Of a stretch of DNA of 64,000 bases, positions 40,118 through 54,548 are shown piece by piece; position 1 is the first letter of the stretch, and each line of letters begins with the position of its first letter. The position numbers and the translations under genes were made by a program. The DNA is from Paraspadella gotoi (taxonomy: Eukaryota > Animalia > Chaetognatha), in contig CM119264.1 in NCBI GenBank assembly GCA_051294375.1, forward strand, positions 21,122,645 through 21,186,644, given 5' to 3'. Below the pieces are notes generated by a model. That model was not told the origin of the DNA and made no database searches. It worked only from the letters and a program-made list of their open reading frames with translations.

Positions 40118-41368
40118 GACGACGACGACGAACGGCGAGGGGGCCAAAAGCCTTTTTCAAAGACCCGTAATAGACTATCCCGTTCGAGTTATTTCTAAAC
40201 GGAGGCGAGTTGGAGGCAAAACGCTCGCCCAATCCCAGTCGCTACGGCCAAGCGGCTTCCGAGGCTGAGAACCCGCCCGACTTTGTCGTTGTTGTTGTCG
40301 TCGTCGTCGTAAAGTCGATATTGAAGCGGAAACAATTTCTTTTCTGGATGAACGTCAGTTGTTGTTTCTTCTTGATATTTTACCGGTGTAGTTCGGATTG
40401 GTTCTGAAGCTGAATTAATTTTTTTAGATGACAAGGCTGAATGAAATGATGGGATTGAGGCGATTTGGGTGATAGGGACTTTGATAGGTTGCTTTGAAGG
40501 TCTCATACGAGACAATTTTTTTTAAAAACAGGAAGTCAAGAGTAACGCTTTGAATCTAATATTTTTGACCGGTTGAATTCTTTTAATATACTTGGTTTTT
40601 AGCTTCTGTTCACTTGAAATGAAATAAGAGACAGAGACGGAACAGGATAATGTTCAGCTCGCGCGAAAAAAAGTCTTTGTATGCGCGAGGGCGATAATTG
40701 AGTCGTATCAATCGGGAAGATTCTTTCGACGAGGAGCGGACAAGCGTAAGATTAACATTAGCTCTCTAATCTTTCGTAAGAGAGTGAAAAAAAATTGAAA
40801 AAAAGGAAAAAGGAAAAAGAAAGAAAGGAGGAAATTGAGAGAAGAAAAAATAGGAAAGACGATTACAGGGTTCCGAGGTAGAGCTAGAAAAGGAGCGTGG
40901 TTGTTGGAGAAGAAAGTGGAAGGGTGTGAGGCGGGTAAGGACGGGGAAAGACAGGGAAGGAAGAACCGGAATGTGAAGGAAATGGAAAGTCGGAAAGAAA
41001 GCCGGATAAAGGGGGAAAGCAGGGAAGATCTACGGAGAAAAAAGAGAGATTTAAAGGAGAGAAGGGCAGAATCAAGAAAAGAAAATGGCATAAACACGCG
41101 GGAAAAGTCATATCAATGCAGGGAGAAGGGCAGAACAATATAAATAAAAAAGTGGAACATGAAGCCGGAACATGTAGACTGAACAAGAATCTTGTCAAGA
41201 GGGCGGAACAAGAGGGCGGGCATGTAACTCGCAAAATACGATACTCAAAGGAAAACGAAGAAAAAGAAGGAAAAACGATTCAAAGCGTCTGAGGAAAATT
41301 AGGGGCTAAAGATGACCTAGGGAATACAGAATACGAGTGAAGGTGATCTTCGAAAAGAGGAGAGAGAG

Positions 41369-41409
<41 letters not shown>

Positions 41410-42499
41410 AATTATCCCATTTCTCACAACAAGGAGGGTTTATTTTCTTTCCGGTTTACTCTCCCCGTAATTCGTTTAGACTCTTTTGGGTAATAAAATT
41501 CAACCCAGCGCGGTCCCCATACCTGATGAATTGGATACCGACGACTTGGGCTCCGGTTTCAGCGTTAAGAAGACCTTAGACCAAGACGGAGCAGAGAGGA
41601 ATTTTGGGGAAAAGGGAGATGGAAAAAAAGAAGGGATGGAAAAAGGACACAAAAAACAAATAAGAAAAGGAACAGAAATAAAAGACAGTAAACTCTGACA
41701 AAAAAAAATTGTAAAGGTTTGTGGGAAGGTTAAGAAATTTTGAAAGTATTTTGAAGTAAAAATATGAAAAAAACGTTAAGGCTTGTGCGGCACGAGGGGC
41801 GGAGCAGCTTACCGATTCGCTTCAGGGTTTCCGCAGTCAGTGTGTCGACTGTGTCGCTGATAAGTAGTCTCTCAAAGACTCGCGAAGGGACGAGAGAATG
41901 AATGAATGAATGAATGAATGAATGAATGAATGAATGAATGAATGAATGAATGAATGAATGAATGCGGTTGATTATATATTATATATGTTAAATAAATAAA
42001 TATTGAAAACAAAATCAAAATGAAACAAGCCCAAAAGAGCTCTCTTTTCCATTTCGGTTCATTTATTCCAGAATTTTATTTTATTTTTTAATATTTAATC
42101 TGAAAATATTTTTAAACTAATAAACCAATTCTTAACCTCAATATCTAACCCTAACCCTTAATCCTAACTTAATTTTGAACCCGGACCCTAAACTCTTTTC
42201 CCTATTTTATAGCCCTTACCTTTAACCCTAAATGTTAGTCTCTAACTCAATCACAAACCAAGTCCTTAACTTCAATCACTAACCTAACCATTAACCTAAT
42301 CCCTAACCTTAACTTATAACTTAATTTTTAATAATAAAAAATTAACAAAATTTCGAATTTAAGATAAAATAGGGCGTTATAGTAAAATAAAGCCAAGGAT
42401 GAAAAATTAAAAAAAAACTCGGAATGAAAAAAAGGGAAAATGAAATCGTAAATGAAATTACATTAAAACAGAAAAAGTATATAGCTAAATACCTCATCA

Positions 42500-42680
42500 C
42501 AGAGGAATGAAACCCGGAAACAGAGGAAAGGATTAAGAAGAGGATTCCGGAAGAGGAAGAAGATTCTGGAATGATTTCAAACGGGATTTTGGAAGCCAAA
42601 TCCTGAAAAGGAACAATAGTTTCCGGAAGAGGAGAAGAAGGTTCCAGAAGAGGAAGAGGAGGATTCCGGAAGAGGAATCT
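42500..42680 (+). repeat. Degenerate GAAGAGGATTCCGGAA minisatellite
   Basis: Four to five imperfect tandem copies. Confidence 0.7.
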
Positions 42681-42826
42681 GGCTTCGTCTACTTACCCTT
42701 TATAAATAGCCTCTGTTTCTGCTTTGATTCACTCTGTCTGAAAATTGACACCGTCTTCATGTCTATTTTCTGAGAATAAAATTCCACTTGGTTTCATATT
42801 GAAATCCCTGTCTGTTTACTTAAATG

Positions 42827-42867
42827 TGGTGCATCGGTGGGATTCGAACCCACGCCTCCGAAGAGAC
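42827..42867 (-). pseudogene. 3' half of a tRNA-Leu-like sequence (long variable arm, T arm, acceptor strand)
   Basis: GTCTCTTCGGAGGCGTGGGTTCGAATCCCACCGATGCACCA. D arm and anticodon arm are absent. Confidence 0.8.
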
Positions 42868-42890
42868 AACGATTTTTATTGTTATCAAAA

Positions 42891-42933
42891 CAGTACATGT
42901 TTCGGCTCTTTAATTCGAGACTTCATCAGCACT
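42891..42933 (-). ncRNA. Hammerhead ribozyme motif of the Penelope-like family (partly degenerate)
   Basis: CUGAUGA-A-GUCUC(GAAUUAAA)GAGCC-GAAAC-AU-GUA; one mismatch in stem II. Confidence 0.65.
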
Positions 42934-42976
42934 TGGTCTTGGTTTCTTCAACAAATATTTCTCTACACATTGAGTT

Positions 42977-43007
<31 letters not shown>

Positions 43008-43162
43008 GAGAGAGAAATAATTACATTTGATTATAAGATTTAAAGATTTAAAGATTTAAAGATTTAAAGATTTAAAGATTTAAAGATAAAATTTAGAAAA
43101 CTTAGAATTAAACTGACATTTTTGAGGTAACAAAGTTGAATAGGTAAATGAGTAATAAGTGA

Positions 43163-43865
43163 AACAAGTTTGAGCAAACAATGTCGGATCTGCCCACGAT
43201 CATTAGCGGTAATTAATTAATTAATTAATTAATACAAACTATATAAACTAAAAAAATATTTTAATGAATAAATTATTTAATTTGATCCAAAATGTTTGTT
43301 TTTAGGTCTTTTCATCACTGATCACGACAAAAGCAACGACGACGATGATGGCAATGACGACAATAATACCGATAAAGATTGACTTTATTGATTGATAAAT
43401 TGATTAAATAATTAATTAATTTATAAATAAATTGATTGATTAAATAATTAATTAATAGATAACCAAAAAAATTAATTGTTTTAATAATTAATTGATTGAT
43501 TAATTGACCGATTAATAAATTATTAATTAATTGATTAATTAAGTGATTAATTATTTGATTATTTAATGTATCTTGCATTTACATTTAATATAAAAAGAAA
43601 AAGAAGCATAATCAATTAGTGAAACAGGTTTTTTGTTTTTTTCCATTTAAACTCATTTCCACTCAGAAGATTCTTTCGAAACTTGATTTCCATCTTAATC
43701 ACACACTTTCCTACCCATATACAAACTTTCAAGTCAATCGCCCCATCCACTTATGAGTAATTGGCGTTCAAATGGTGAAATAGATTTTTCTGTTTTTTCC
43801 ATTTAATCTCATTTCCACTCGCACGATTCCGTCGAAACTTTATATCCAACTCAATCACACACTTT
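43163..43865 (-). mobile_element. Helentron/DINE-1-like family A, truncated
   Basis: AAACAAGTTTGAGCAAACAATGTCGGATCTGCCC terminus and internal AAACTCATTTCCACTC repeats. Confidence 0.6.
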
Positions 43866-45137
43866 ATGGATTTTCCATGCCAGTTTTTGCGTCGAACCAC
43901 TTCCGGTTTTAAAAAATCATAATTTTGGGGAAAAAATAAGCTGTTATTCAGCTGGCAAACTTTAATTATTTAAATTAAAGTTATTATTACTATCTAGGAA
44001 AAAAGTATATGACATAATTCATTTATTCAATAAAAAGTATATGAAACATGGGTAAAAAATCATGATGACATTCTCAATATTTGATATACGTACCCTTCCT
44101 CGGCTCAACTACTGCCTGCCTTTGTCTGGGTATGCTCTTGTACAGCAAATTTAGGTATGACAGTGAAATGTTTTCGATATCTTTAACGCAATTCTGCGCA
44201 GCCCCGATATTAATGTTGCGCATCTTTCCCCCTTTTCTTGAGAGCTATAATACTTCTTTTAACCAGAAAAAGGTGCAAGGCCTTTAGCATTGCCAAATTT
44301 AAAAAAAATTAAAAAAATAACTAACTCTATTTAAAAAAAAAACAAATAACTAAATACCAAAAATGGTGGAAAATTAAATACATTTTTTTTTCGGCCATTT
44401 TTCATTTAAAGTAACAATATTTTTTTGCCTGTAACTTCTAAACGATTTGACCTACAAAAAAATAGAAGGAAGCTACTGAAAGGAAATTCAATATAGATTT
44501 GGAAATTTTTAAATTTTTTTTAAAATTTTAAAAATTTTATTAAAAATGTCATATACTTTTTTCCTAGATAGTACTATTACTAATTTAATTAATTAATTAA
44601 TTAATAAAATTTTATAATTTGTATTGTAATAAACATTACATGAGCGTGAGACGAAGCAAGAAGGGAAACTATTTCTAAATATAACAAGAGAAGAAAATAT
44701 TAAAAATAGTCAACTTAAAACTTAATCATAAAATTATAAAAATAACATTTTAAATGCTTACCGACAGTCACGAATCATTGATAACCCTTCCTGCTAGTTT
44801 TTGGTGAGCACGTCTATTTTATATATTTTGGTAAGGTACAGTCATGAGCACGGACCAATCGGTGAGCGAAAATCAGATATTTCTTAATGGCAAAATACGA
44901 AATATCAAGGGGCATTAAACAACTATCTCGTAAAAAATAAAAATTTAATATCAATGTCCATGAGGACGGGCGATCTACTTCATAATTGTCAAAAAACAAA
45001 AAAAAAGACAGAATATTTTCAAATGACCGACAAAAGACCGGTAAACGCAGCAGAGAAAAGAACGCGACAAAAAATAACCGAGGCGAGGCATAATATTTGT
45101 CACTTACTTTTTCTTTCTCTCTCTCTCTCTCTCTTTC

Positions 45138-45195
<58 letters not shown>

Positions 45196-46196
45196 AAGAA
45201 GAATTCAATTTTCTCGTACGCGGAAACTAACGTTTCTTGGTAAAACATTGATTAAACCTCAGCAAAAATTTACGTAAAGAGAGAAATTTGTACTTATAGG
45301 GTCACAAGTGATAGAAGAAGAAGACGAGGCGAGATATTTCTTCACTTTCTCTCATTCAAAAATTGTATATTCTAGATACAAAAAAATGGAAAGAAATTAT
45401 ATTACGGATTACATTACTGATTTTCCATTTAATACGTATGTATTTTAAGAATCCAGATTATTTTTTCCTTCCTTAAAATTGAGGAGAAAATTGGCCATCT
45501 CCTCCTTGTTCCGAAGTCCATAAAAGGGTCAATACTTTTTATTGATCGAACTCTTAATGCAAATGCATAAGTGAGTACATGCGAACGGCGAACGGCGAAG
45601 CCGGTTCAGGCTCGATATTGTTTCAGGTGAGCTTCTTTGTGACGTCGTCGTCGGCGTCACGCTTTTTTGTATAAAAACTACTACGCTTTTATAGTTTTGG
45701 CTGGGACTTACCGTTTTTTTTGGAAAAAATTGTAACAATTTCCAATTTTAAACAATTGTAACATTTTTTTTCTTTCTTTTATTTCTTTAAATTATATATA
45801 TATATATTTTATTTATTTTTGTCAGTTGTTGCCTTTTCTGAACCCTTTAAAAACGAGTTCAGGCTCTGCAGTGATTGTACAGCTGCCTTCCAGCGGCTGT
45901 CCAGCTTTCTCTCTCTGTCTCTGTTTGTCTCTCTCTTTCTCTTTCTGTCTCTTTGTCTCTCTCTGTCTCTCTCTGTCTCTCTCTGTCTCTGAACTGCCTC
46001 TTGGAAAGATTTCATGAAACATGTTTAGGATAAAAACTCTACCCAATTTTCGTTTATACTTTAAATACTTTTCAACTTGTAATATCATTTTGTAAATTGA
46101 TATAGCTTTTAGTGGCACAATGTAGCCCAAAGCCCGTTTCTTTAATACAATTCAATTCAATTCTCTCTTCTTCTCTGTACGATTCTTGCATGATCG

Positions 46197-46858
46197 TTTT
46201 TTATCGAGCCAGGACAGGCTTCGCCTGGTCCTGCTCTATAATGTTTTAGGATTGCGTGTCGTCGTCATCGTCACGCTGTTTTTATTATAAAAACTACTAC
46301 GCTTTTATAGGTTTGGCTGTGACTTACCGTTTTTTTAAAAAAAAAATTATTATGAATTATGATAAAGTTTTACAAAAGTGTGCGATCATAGTAAGTTAAA
46401 AATTTAGATATGGCTTCTCATCTTGAAATAGCTTTGATATTTTCTTATTACATTTGGATTTAAGTATTTTTGTTTGAATTTCCACTTCATTATGATTTAC
46501 TGCAATATGCAAATGATATTATAGTACTCATTTATAATATCCAAATTAGCATATAGAAATGCTTTAACCTAATTTACATACTGCAGTATAAATATTGAAG
46601 ATGAAATTCAAAAAAAATTTTTTAAATCTATAATAAAAATGGAACTCCCTTGACCTTTTTAATGAGAAGCTATATCTTAATTTTAATACAAATAAAAATA
46701 AAATCTTTTACAAGCCATGATTGGAAAAAATTAGAAAAATTTCCAATTGTAAACAATTGTAACATATTTTTGCCTTTCTTTATCTTCTTTAAATTACGTA
46801 TATAAATATATTTTCTTTTTCTGAAAAAACGAGTTCAGGCTCTGCAGTGACTGTACAG
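46197..46858 (+). mobile_element. Third dispersed non-autonomous family (Helentron-like) with 5' hairpin and (GTC)n
   Basis: TTTTTATCGAGCCAGGACAGGCTTCGCCTGGTCCTGCTC hairpin, then AAAACTACTACGCTTTTATAG..TTGGCTG.GACTTACCG, also seen at about 21005, 36222 and 45673. Confidence 0.55.
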
Positions 46859-47460
46859 TAGAGTGGAGCACTCAAGAACAAAAAAATTTATTTGAATGAT
46901 TGAATAATGATATTTAGATGTGAGATAGTATGATTAATTAGTAGAAAAAATATTTTGGTCATATTATCTCGGGAACAGAATAGTAAAATATAATATATTG
47001 TAGTAATATCCTTATAATAGTAAATTTTAAAAATAATTTTTATAAAACTTTTATTAAAGATTCAGATTCTTCATAAAAAGTTGAATCAAAAATATAAAAC
47101 ATGTTATCAAAAATTCTGTCATCTTCAATGTTTAAAATAAGAAAAAAAGTGAAAATTCCTGACTTTTTTATTCTCTGTAGTAGAAACTTATATAATGTAT
47201 GTTAAAACGTTTTAGTCATTTTTTGTGATCTAAACATTAAAATATCAATATAACATATTTTATAAAAGTTTCTTTCGTTTTTTACAGCGAATCCAAATCA
47301 GTTCTTAAAAATAAAAAAAAATTATTTTTAAATTTGACGATTTTATAAGAATATTACTACATAAATAATTGAATTTGCTATACTGTTAGGCTTAAAATTT
47401 TTTTAAAAGGATTTAAAATTCATTAATTGTATGTCCATAGGCAGCGAAAAAATAATGAAC
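46859..47460 (+). mobile_element. Truncated hAT-type MITE, paralog of 56447-57621
   Basis: Starts TAGAGTGGAGCAC; collinear with 56447-57621 but lacks the Penelope-like insert. Confidence 0.65.
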
Positions 47461-47494
47461 ATGACCTAATAACTCGTTTCGCGTTCTCTCTCTA

Positions 47495-47541
<47 letters not shown>

Positions 47542-48574
47542 ACAAAAAAAATTTATTCACTTTTTTTTTCACCACCGTCACTCATTTTTATCTTTTTTTT
47601 AAATAATAATTATTTGAGTTGTGATAACTATTTATAAATTAGTTAAATATGCAAATATAAAATTTGACCTCGGTCTGGTTTCTTCCTAAAAAAAGAACAA
47701 TCTAAAATATAATTCAAGATTAAAATTTTTGAAGATGAGGAAATAAAATTTTTTTTGATAAGTAAAAAAAATATTTCGAAGTCAAAAATATTATAGTGAA
47801 AATAGTTATAATAGTTATAATATAATATAATAATATATAATAATATAATACATATAATATATAATATAATATAATATATATAATATAATAGTTATATTGA
47901 AAATAGTTTAGCTTTATCGAAAAGTTTTCATTTCATACAATCAATATCAATCTCATTTATTTTCAATAATATGCGAACAGATAAGGTTTTCAACCTCATT
48001 TTGAACTAGATGAACAAAAGACTTCAGTCTTATTTCAATTGAAAAAAAAAAGAAAGTTAATTTATGCTTAATCACACACTAACAAAACAATTTTATTTCT
48101 TCACGTTCTAAATATTTGTTTGCGGTCTCTCTCTGTGTGTCTCTCTCTCTGTGTGTCTTTCTCTCTCTGTGTGTCTCTCTCTCTGTCTCTCTTGTCTCTC
48201 TCTCTGTGTGTGTCTGTCTCTCTCTGTATGATCTCTTGCGTGATCGTTCGTTTTTTGAAAATTCTGATTATTTTTTTTCCTTTTAAAAACTTTTATCGCC
48301 ATTTATTATTTTATCTCATACAAAATCCAAAATAACTTACTTGACCTAGATTTCGTGGTCGTTGCGGGCAACGAGTAAACAATGTCAAGAATATGACCTA
48401 ATAACGCGTTTGATGGCAACGGAAACGTTACGTGTGTAAATAAAATCAACATGACCCAATTTCACGCCCAATTTATCTCTCTTTCTCACTCGTCTCTCCC
48501 TCTCTCTCTCTCTCTCTCTCTTTTTACAAAAAAAATTTGATTCAGCTTTTTTTTTGCTTTTCTTTTTGTGAATC

Positions 48575-48640
48575 AGCAGGCGCGAACCTGAGTCCTTTAG
48601 ATTAGGAGGAGCTCGCGCTACCTCCGAGGCTACCGGACGA
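48575..48640 (-). other. tRNA-derived (SINE-head-like) fragment
   Basis: GGTAGCCTCGGAGGTAG (A-box-like) ... GGTTCGCGCC (B-box-like). A related degenerate copy lies at about 53045-53095 (+). Confidence 0.4.
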
Positions 48641-49140
48641 GTTCAGCTTCTCTTTCTCTCTTTTAATTATATGTCGCTCTCTCTCTTTTTTTTCTCCGTC
48701 GCTGCTGCTTCTGATTCTGATTTGTGACGTAGTCGTCGTCGTCGTCGTCGTTATTGTTGTCGTCGTCGGCATCAAAACTTTTTATCTTGCATACTTTTTT
48801 CAACTTGCATACTTTTTAACATGCATAATTTTTTTAAATTTGTATAATTTTTCAACTTATATAATTTTTCACTTGCAATTAATAATTTTTAATTTGCATA
48901 ATTTTTTAAATTGCATAATTTTTCAACTTGCATAATTTTTCAACTTGCATAATTTTTTCAACTTTCATAATTTTTTCAACTGTATAATTTTTTTAACTTG
49001 CTAATTTTTTAATTTGCATAATTTTTTAAATTGCATCATGTTTTCAACTTGCATCATTTTTTCAACTTGCATCATTTTTTCAACTTGCATAGTTTTTTTC
49101 AACTTTCTAATTTTTTCTACTTGTATGAAATTGGTACAAC

Positions 49141-52100
49141 CAGAGATGTGGACGCGATCCGGAAAGCGAAACCGAACACTGTGGAAGCGCCCGATTTTTG
49201 AAGAACCCCGAAACCGGGAGCCGATAGAAAAATTGATAATAAAGGATTGAACCCGGAAGGCTATAATAACCTGCGTGTTCGCTTCCTGGTCATTTGTTTT
49301 TATTGGTTAGAAACTGAAAGTATTTAATGTATTAAAATCTTTGCAACCCCCTGCTCTTTCTTGATTTTCTTTTAAAATTTGTTTTCAACATTTAAAATTG
49401 TTTGCTCCTAATTTTTTTATTCACTTTTCTTATTCTATTCTTTTATTTTTTTGTTTTCTTTTATTCTCTCTTCCTCTTTGGTCGAGAATCTATGAAAAAA
49501 TTACATATTTATTTTTTTAATTATCTTTTTAATATATTGAATAAATCTGAGCTGAACAAAGATTTTTTCTATCTAAAAAAAACTGTAATTAAGTTAATAT
49601 TAAATCATTAAATTAAACTTTTTAATTCTATAAAACTAAAAATTTTATTACTTGTATTTTTTTTTTTAAATTTAAGTCTACTTTTTTTAAATATCATAAC
49701 GTTTTTATGTAACAAACAAGTTTGAACCAAAGGATTGAGATCTGTTTTATGGCAATATTGCATAATATTATGCTTATAAATACTTATATCTCTAACACAC
49801 ACACTCTCTCTCATCTTCTTCTTTTTTCCCCTCTTGTACTGAACAAAAGCAAATAAAAAAAATATATATAAAATAATTAATCAAATTATTAATAAACAAG
49901 TTGAGCAAACAATGCTGGATCTGCCCACGATCATTAGCATAATTAATTAATTAATCAATGAAAAAAAATAATTATTAATTAATTACATATTGATTCAATT
50001 AAAAAAATAATATCGAACATTGGGCTCAAATGATTTGAACAAAGACGCAAATGACGACGAAAATACAATGACGAAAACGACGACAGTCTTGTACTTTGTG
50101 ACCCGTAGTCAGTAGTGGTCAATAAGAATGACCTGTTCTTACCCAATCTTGTTATGGCTGACCTTTTCTCAGCAATGTAAATACTAGTTTGTATTATTTT
50201 TATCATTTGCTTTTTTATGTTTTTTGATAATACAGTTTTTTTATCACAAAAACACGCCTGAAATTTTTTCTATAAATTTTTTGTTTGAGTTACCGCAAAC
50301 ATTATAAAAAAAATTTCAATTAATTAATTAAATATTAATGATGGCGACTACAACAATAAATAACACCGACGATGACAAATTGATTGGATTGCTTAATTTT
50401 TTGATTGATTGATTGAATATTTGATTAATTGATTGCATAATTAATTTACTGATCTGGTCTGGCATTGTTAGCTCAAACTTGTTTGTTTTTTTATTTTTTC
50501 ATTATGACAAAAGAAATGACGACCATGATGATGATTATGATGACAATGAAGATAACACCGTCATGATTAATTGAATGATTGATTGATCAAATAAAAGAAA
50601 TTCATATCAGGCCTGTTAATTATTAGGTCTTTTTGTCAGGTCACTGACCAGGACAACAACAACAACAGCAACAACAATGTTGGAGATGACAATGATAACA
50701 CTGATATTGTTTAATTGATTGATTAATTGATTGATTAATTAATTAGTTTTTTTAATAATTTAATGATAAATAAATTTATTAATTGGTTTGTTGAAAATTA
50801 ATTGATTAATTAATTGATTGATTGATAAAAAAATTGATTCATTAATTTTTTAAGTGATTTTGATTGATTAGTTATTTATTTAATTGATTGATGATCAATT
50901 AATTGATTAATTGAATAATTAATGCAGCTTGTATTTACATTTAATAAAAAAGAAAAAAGCAAATAGGGAAATAGGTTTTTGTTTTTAGTCGGATTGCTTA
51001 TCAGCAGATCCCGACTCTATAAACTCATTTTTATAACTCACTTTTTCGGTCGTCGGTCGCCCCCTCAATATTGTCGGGCACACACTTATACATGTCAGAA
51101 CATCGAATATGATAAATTATGCAAAAAAATGATGTCCGTCCGTCCGTCTGTCTGTCCGTCCGTCCGTCCGTCCGTCCACCTTAAGCAAAAAACACCATTA
51201 CTCGTGATTGGATGGATGGATTTAAATGAATTTGTGTGTGGATAGTAAGTGTGTGATTGAGCTGGATATTAAGTTTCCATGGAATCGCCGAGTGGTGGAA
51301 ATGAGTTTAATGGAAAAAAAACAAAAAAATATATTCACTATTGAACACCATTGCTCATGATGGATGGCTGATTGACCTGGATTTTGTATGTGGGGTGAGA
51401 AGTGTTATTGAACAGGAACAATCATTCGATGGAAATAGTTTGAGTGGAAATGAGTTTAAATGGAAAAAAACAAAAAACCTGTTTTACTAATGATTATGCT
51501 TCTTTTCCTTTTATATTAAATGTATCTGCAGGATGTATTAAATAAATCAAATAATTAATCAGTTAATTAATCAATTAGTAAATAAATTAATCATAATTAA
51601 TTAATTAGTCAATCAATCCGTCCATCCGTCCTCATCTAGCAAAAGCTCCAATAACTCGTGATTGGCTGGTTGGGTTGGATTAAATTTTGATGTGTGGGTA
51701 GGAAAGTGTGTATAAAGCTGGATATAAAATTCGATGGAATCGTGTGAGTGGAAATTAGTTTAATGAAAAAAACATAAGTCGATTTACTAAAATCTTTTTA
51801 CTTATTTTTAACCAATAATTACTCCAATAATCATAATGGATGGATAGATTGAGTTGACAATTTTGTGTGTGGGTAGGAAGACGTATGACGAAGCTTGAAT
51901 ATAAAGTTTCAGTGGAAACGTACCAGTGGAATGAGTTTAAATGAAAAAAATATGAGTCCATTTACTTGAATCTTTTTATTTTATTTTAACCATGATAGAT
52001 TGAGATGAAATTTGTGAGCCGGTAGGAAAGTGATGAAGAAGCTAGATATAAAGGTTTTTGACGGAATGCAAGTTGAAAAAATTCTGCAAGTTTGAAAAAA

Positions 52101-52594
52101 TGATGCAAGTTAAAAAAATCTTAAAAGCATAAGGATCGTCGACTATTGCATAAAAGAGAGAGAGGAGAGAGAGAGAGAATGAGAGAGTGAGAGAGAGAGA
52201 GAGAGTGGAGAGAGAAAGAGAGAGAGTGAGAGAGAGAGAGAGAGAAGGAGACATAAAATAAAAAAATCTTAAAAGACTCCAAGATCGAGCCAGAGCCCAC
52301 TATATAGAAAATTAATGAAAAAAACCGGAAAAAAACGAATGAATCATGCGATAACGAATTGTTGATGTACTAGTAATTGATTAGGTAATACTAATGATTG
52401 ATGTAATAGTAATTTATTGATGTAATAGGAATTGATTATTGATTCGATGATAATCAATTATTGATGCGATGATAGTCATTCACTGCTGTGATGATATGTC
52501 ATTCAGTGATGCGATGATTGTCATTCATTGATCGCGATGATTGTCATTCAATTGATGCGATGATAGTCATAAAACAACAAATGCGTGTATGAGT

Positions 52595-52659
<65 letters not shown>

Positions 52660-52669
52660 GAGAAAAGAA

Positions 52670-52716
<47 letters not shown>

Positions 52717-54048
52717 AAGAGAAAAATCACTGAAATCTCGGATGAAAATATGGGATTTTGTATTGAAAAAGCGCGGAATAAATGGAAATAATAAAAAGTT
52801 TTAGAAGAAAAAAATCAATCATGAATTTTCAAAAACACAAACGATCACGCAAAAGATCGGACAGATAGGGACAGACACACAGAGAGACAGAGAGACAGAG
52901 AGAGAGAGAGAGAGAGACAGCCGCGCAGAGAGAAAAGAGAAAGAGAAAGAGCGATATATATAATAATTTAAAAAAGAGAGAGAGAGCTAGAAGCTCACAG
53001 CCCTCTTACTCGTTCAAAGAATCAGCATACTTATGGAGCCGCCACGTAGCTGAGCTATTCTCTCACCCAAAGGACCCGGTTCGCGCCCTGTTCGTGGCGT
53101 CGTTTTTTACATTAGTGAACCACATTATATCTAAAAAATTTTGTAAAAAAAAAAAGAGAGATGAGGAGAGAGAGAGAGGAGAGAGAGAGCAGAGAGAGGA
53201 AAAGCTGGACATCGCTGCAGAGCCGGAATCGTTTTAGAAAGAAGCACGCTGACGGGAAAAAAGAGAGAGAGAGCGACATATAATTAAAAACGTTTTTGTT
53301 TATGTAAATAAACACATAAAACAATACAATATTGATATGAAACATGAGAATTTTAAAGATCTTGATGATTAGAAAGCCATATATGAAAATTCAACTCCCT
53401 ATGATAATCACACTTTCAGAAAGCCATGATTGCAAAAACAGACCGAAAGCTAAAACCGAAAAAAAATCGAGACAGGACGGGCTTTGCCCGCTGGCTCGAT
53501 AATAGAGGATATTTGTTTGTTTTGATAAATGTAAACAAAACATGTAAATAACTGTCCTGACTCAATTTTAAGACATCGATGATGACAAGCTGAATATAAA
53601 TTATAACTTTAATCTATTAATTAATTAATTAATTAATCTATTAATTAATTAATTAATCTATTAATTAATTAATTAATTAATAAATATCTATTAAATTATC
53701 GTAGCAGATCCGACATTGTTTGCTTCAAACTTAGTTTTCATTTAAACTCATTTCCACTTGAACGATCTTACAAATCTTACAATTTTTCATAGTAAAAATT
53801 TCACTTGTTATTTGTTAACAAAAAGATTATTTAAAATTATTCTACCAATGAATTACATGTCTAAAGAGAGTATTTTTTATAAATAATAACAAATCTGTCA
53901 AATGTAAAATTTTAAAGGAAGGAAAGCGATGTGCACTCGAAACCGAAATCCGTGCTAGAAAAAGTAGGGGTTGCACCCGAAACGGGAGCGGGAGGGGTCT
54001 TGGAAGCGCCGATTGGCAGCGGCGGAAAATCGATCGCTTCCACATCTG
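49141..54048. mobile_element. 4.9-kb non-autonomous hAT-type DNA transposon filled with nested repeats
   Basis: Ends CAGAGATGTGGA / TCCACATCTG, sub-terminal GGAAGCG motifs, 8-bp TSD GGTACAAC (49133-49140 / 54049-54056). The empty site is at 54364-54390. Confidence 0.75.
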
Positions 54049-54548
54049 GGTACAACCAATATAAAAATTATCCATTTCATTTAATAAATAAGCTATCTTG
54101 CCCCTGACTTTGGACAGGCTTTGGTGGTTTAAGGCCTCCATCACTCTTACAAGATAATGACATAGCAGTCCCTGCAAGTTTTCAATCAAGACTCTTTCAC
54201 AGTCTCGTTTATTCACTCCCAGAGTACCTGGCTTCCCTATCAAGAAGTGGAAAATATTTCAAAGAATGTTTCAATTGTATGAAAAGACCACTCCCTTAAG
54301 TATTAGATCGGGGAATACTTATTGTACTCCGCACTAGCATCAAATACAAGGAGCTGAAATTTATATGAAATTGGTACAACCAATATAAAAATTATCCATT
54401 CATTTAATAAATAAGCTATCTTGCCCCTGACTTTGGACAGGCTTTGGTGGTTTAAGGCCTCCATCACTCTTACAAGATAATGACATAGCAGGTCCTGCAA
54501 GTTTTCAATCAAGACTCTTTCACAGTTCCGTTTATTCACTCCCAGAGT

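Noticed and set aside
42827-42867. Functional tRNA gene
   Set aside because: The 5' acceptor strand, D arm and anticodon arm are missing.
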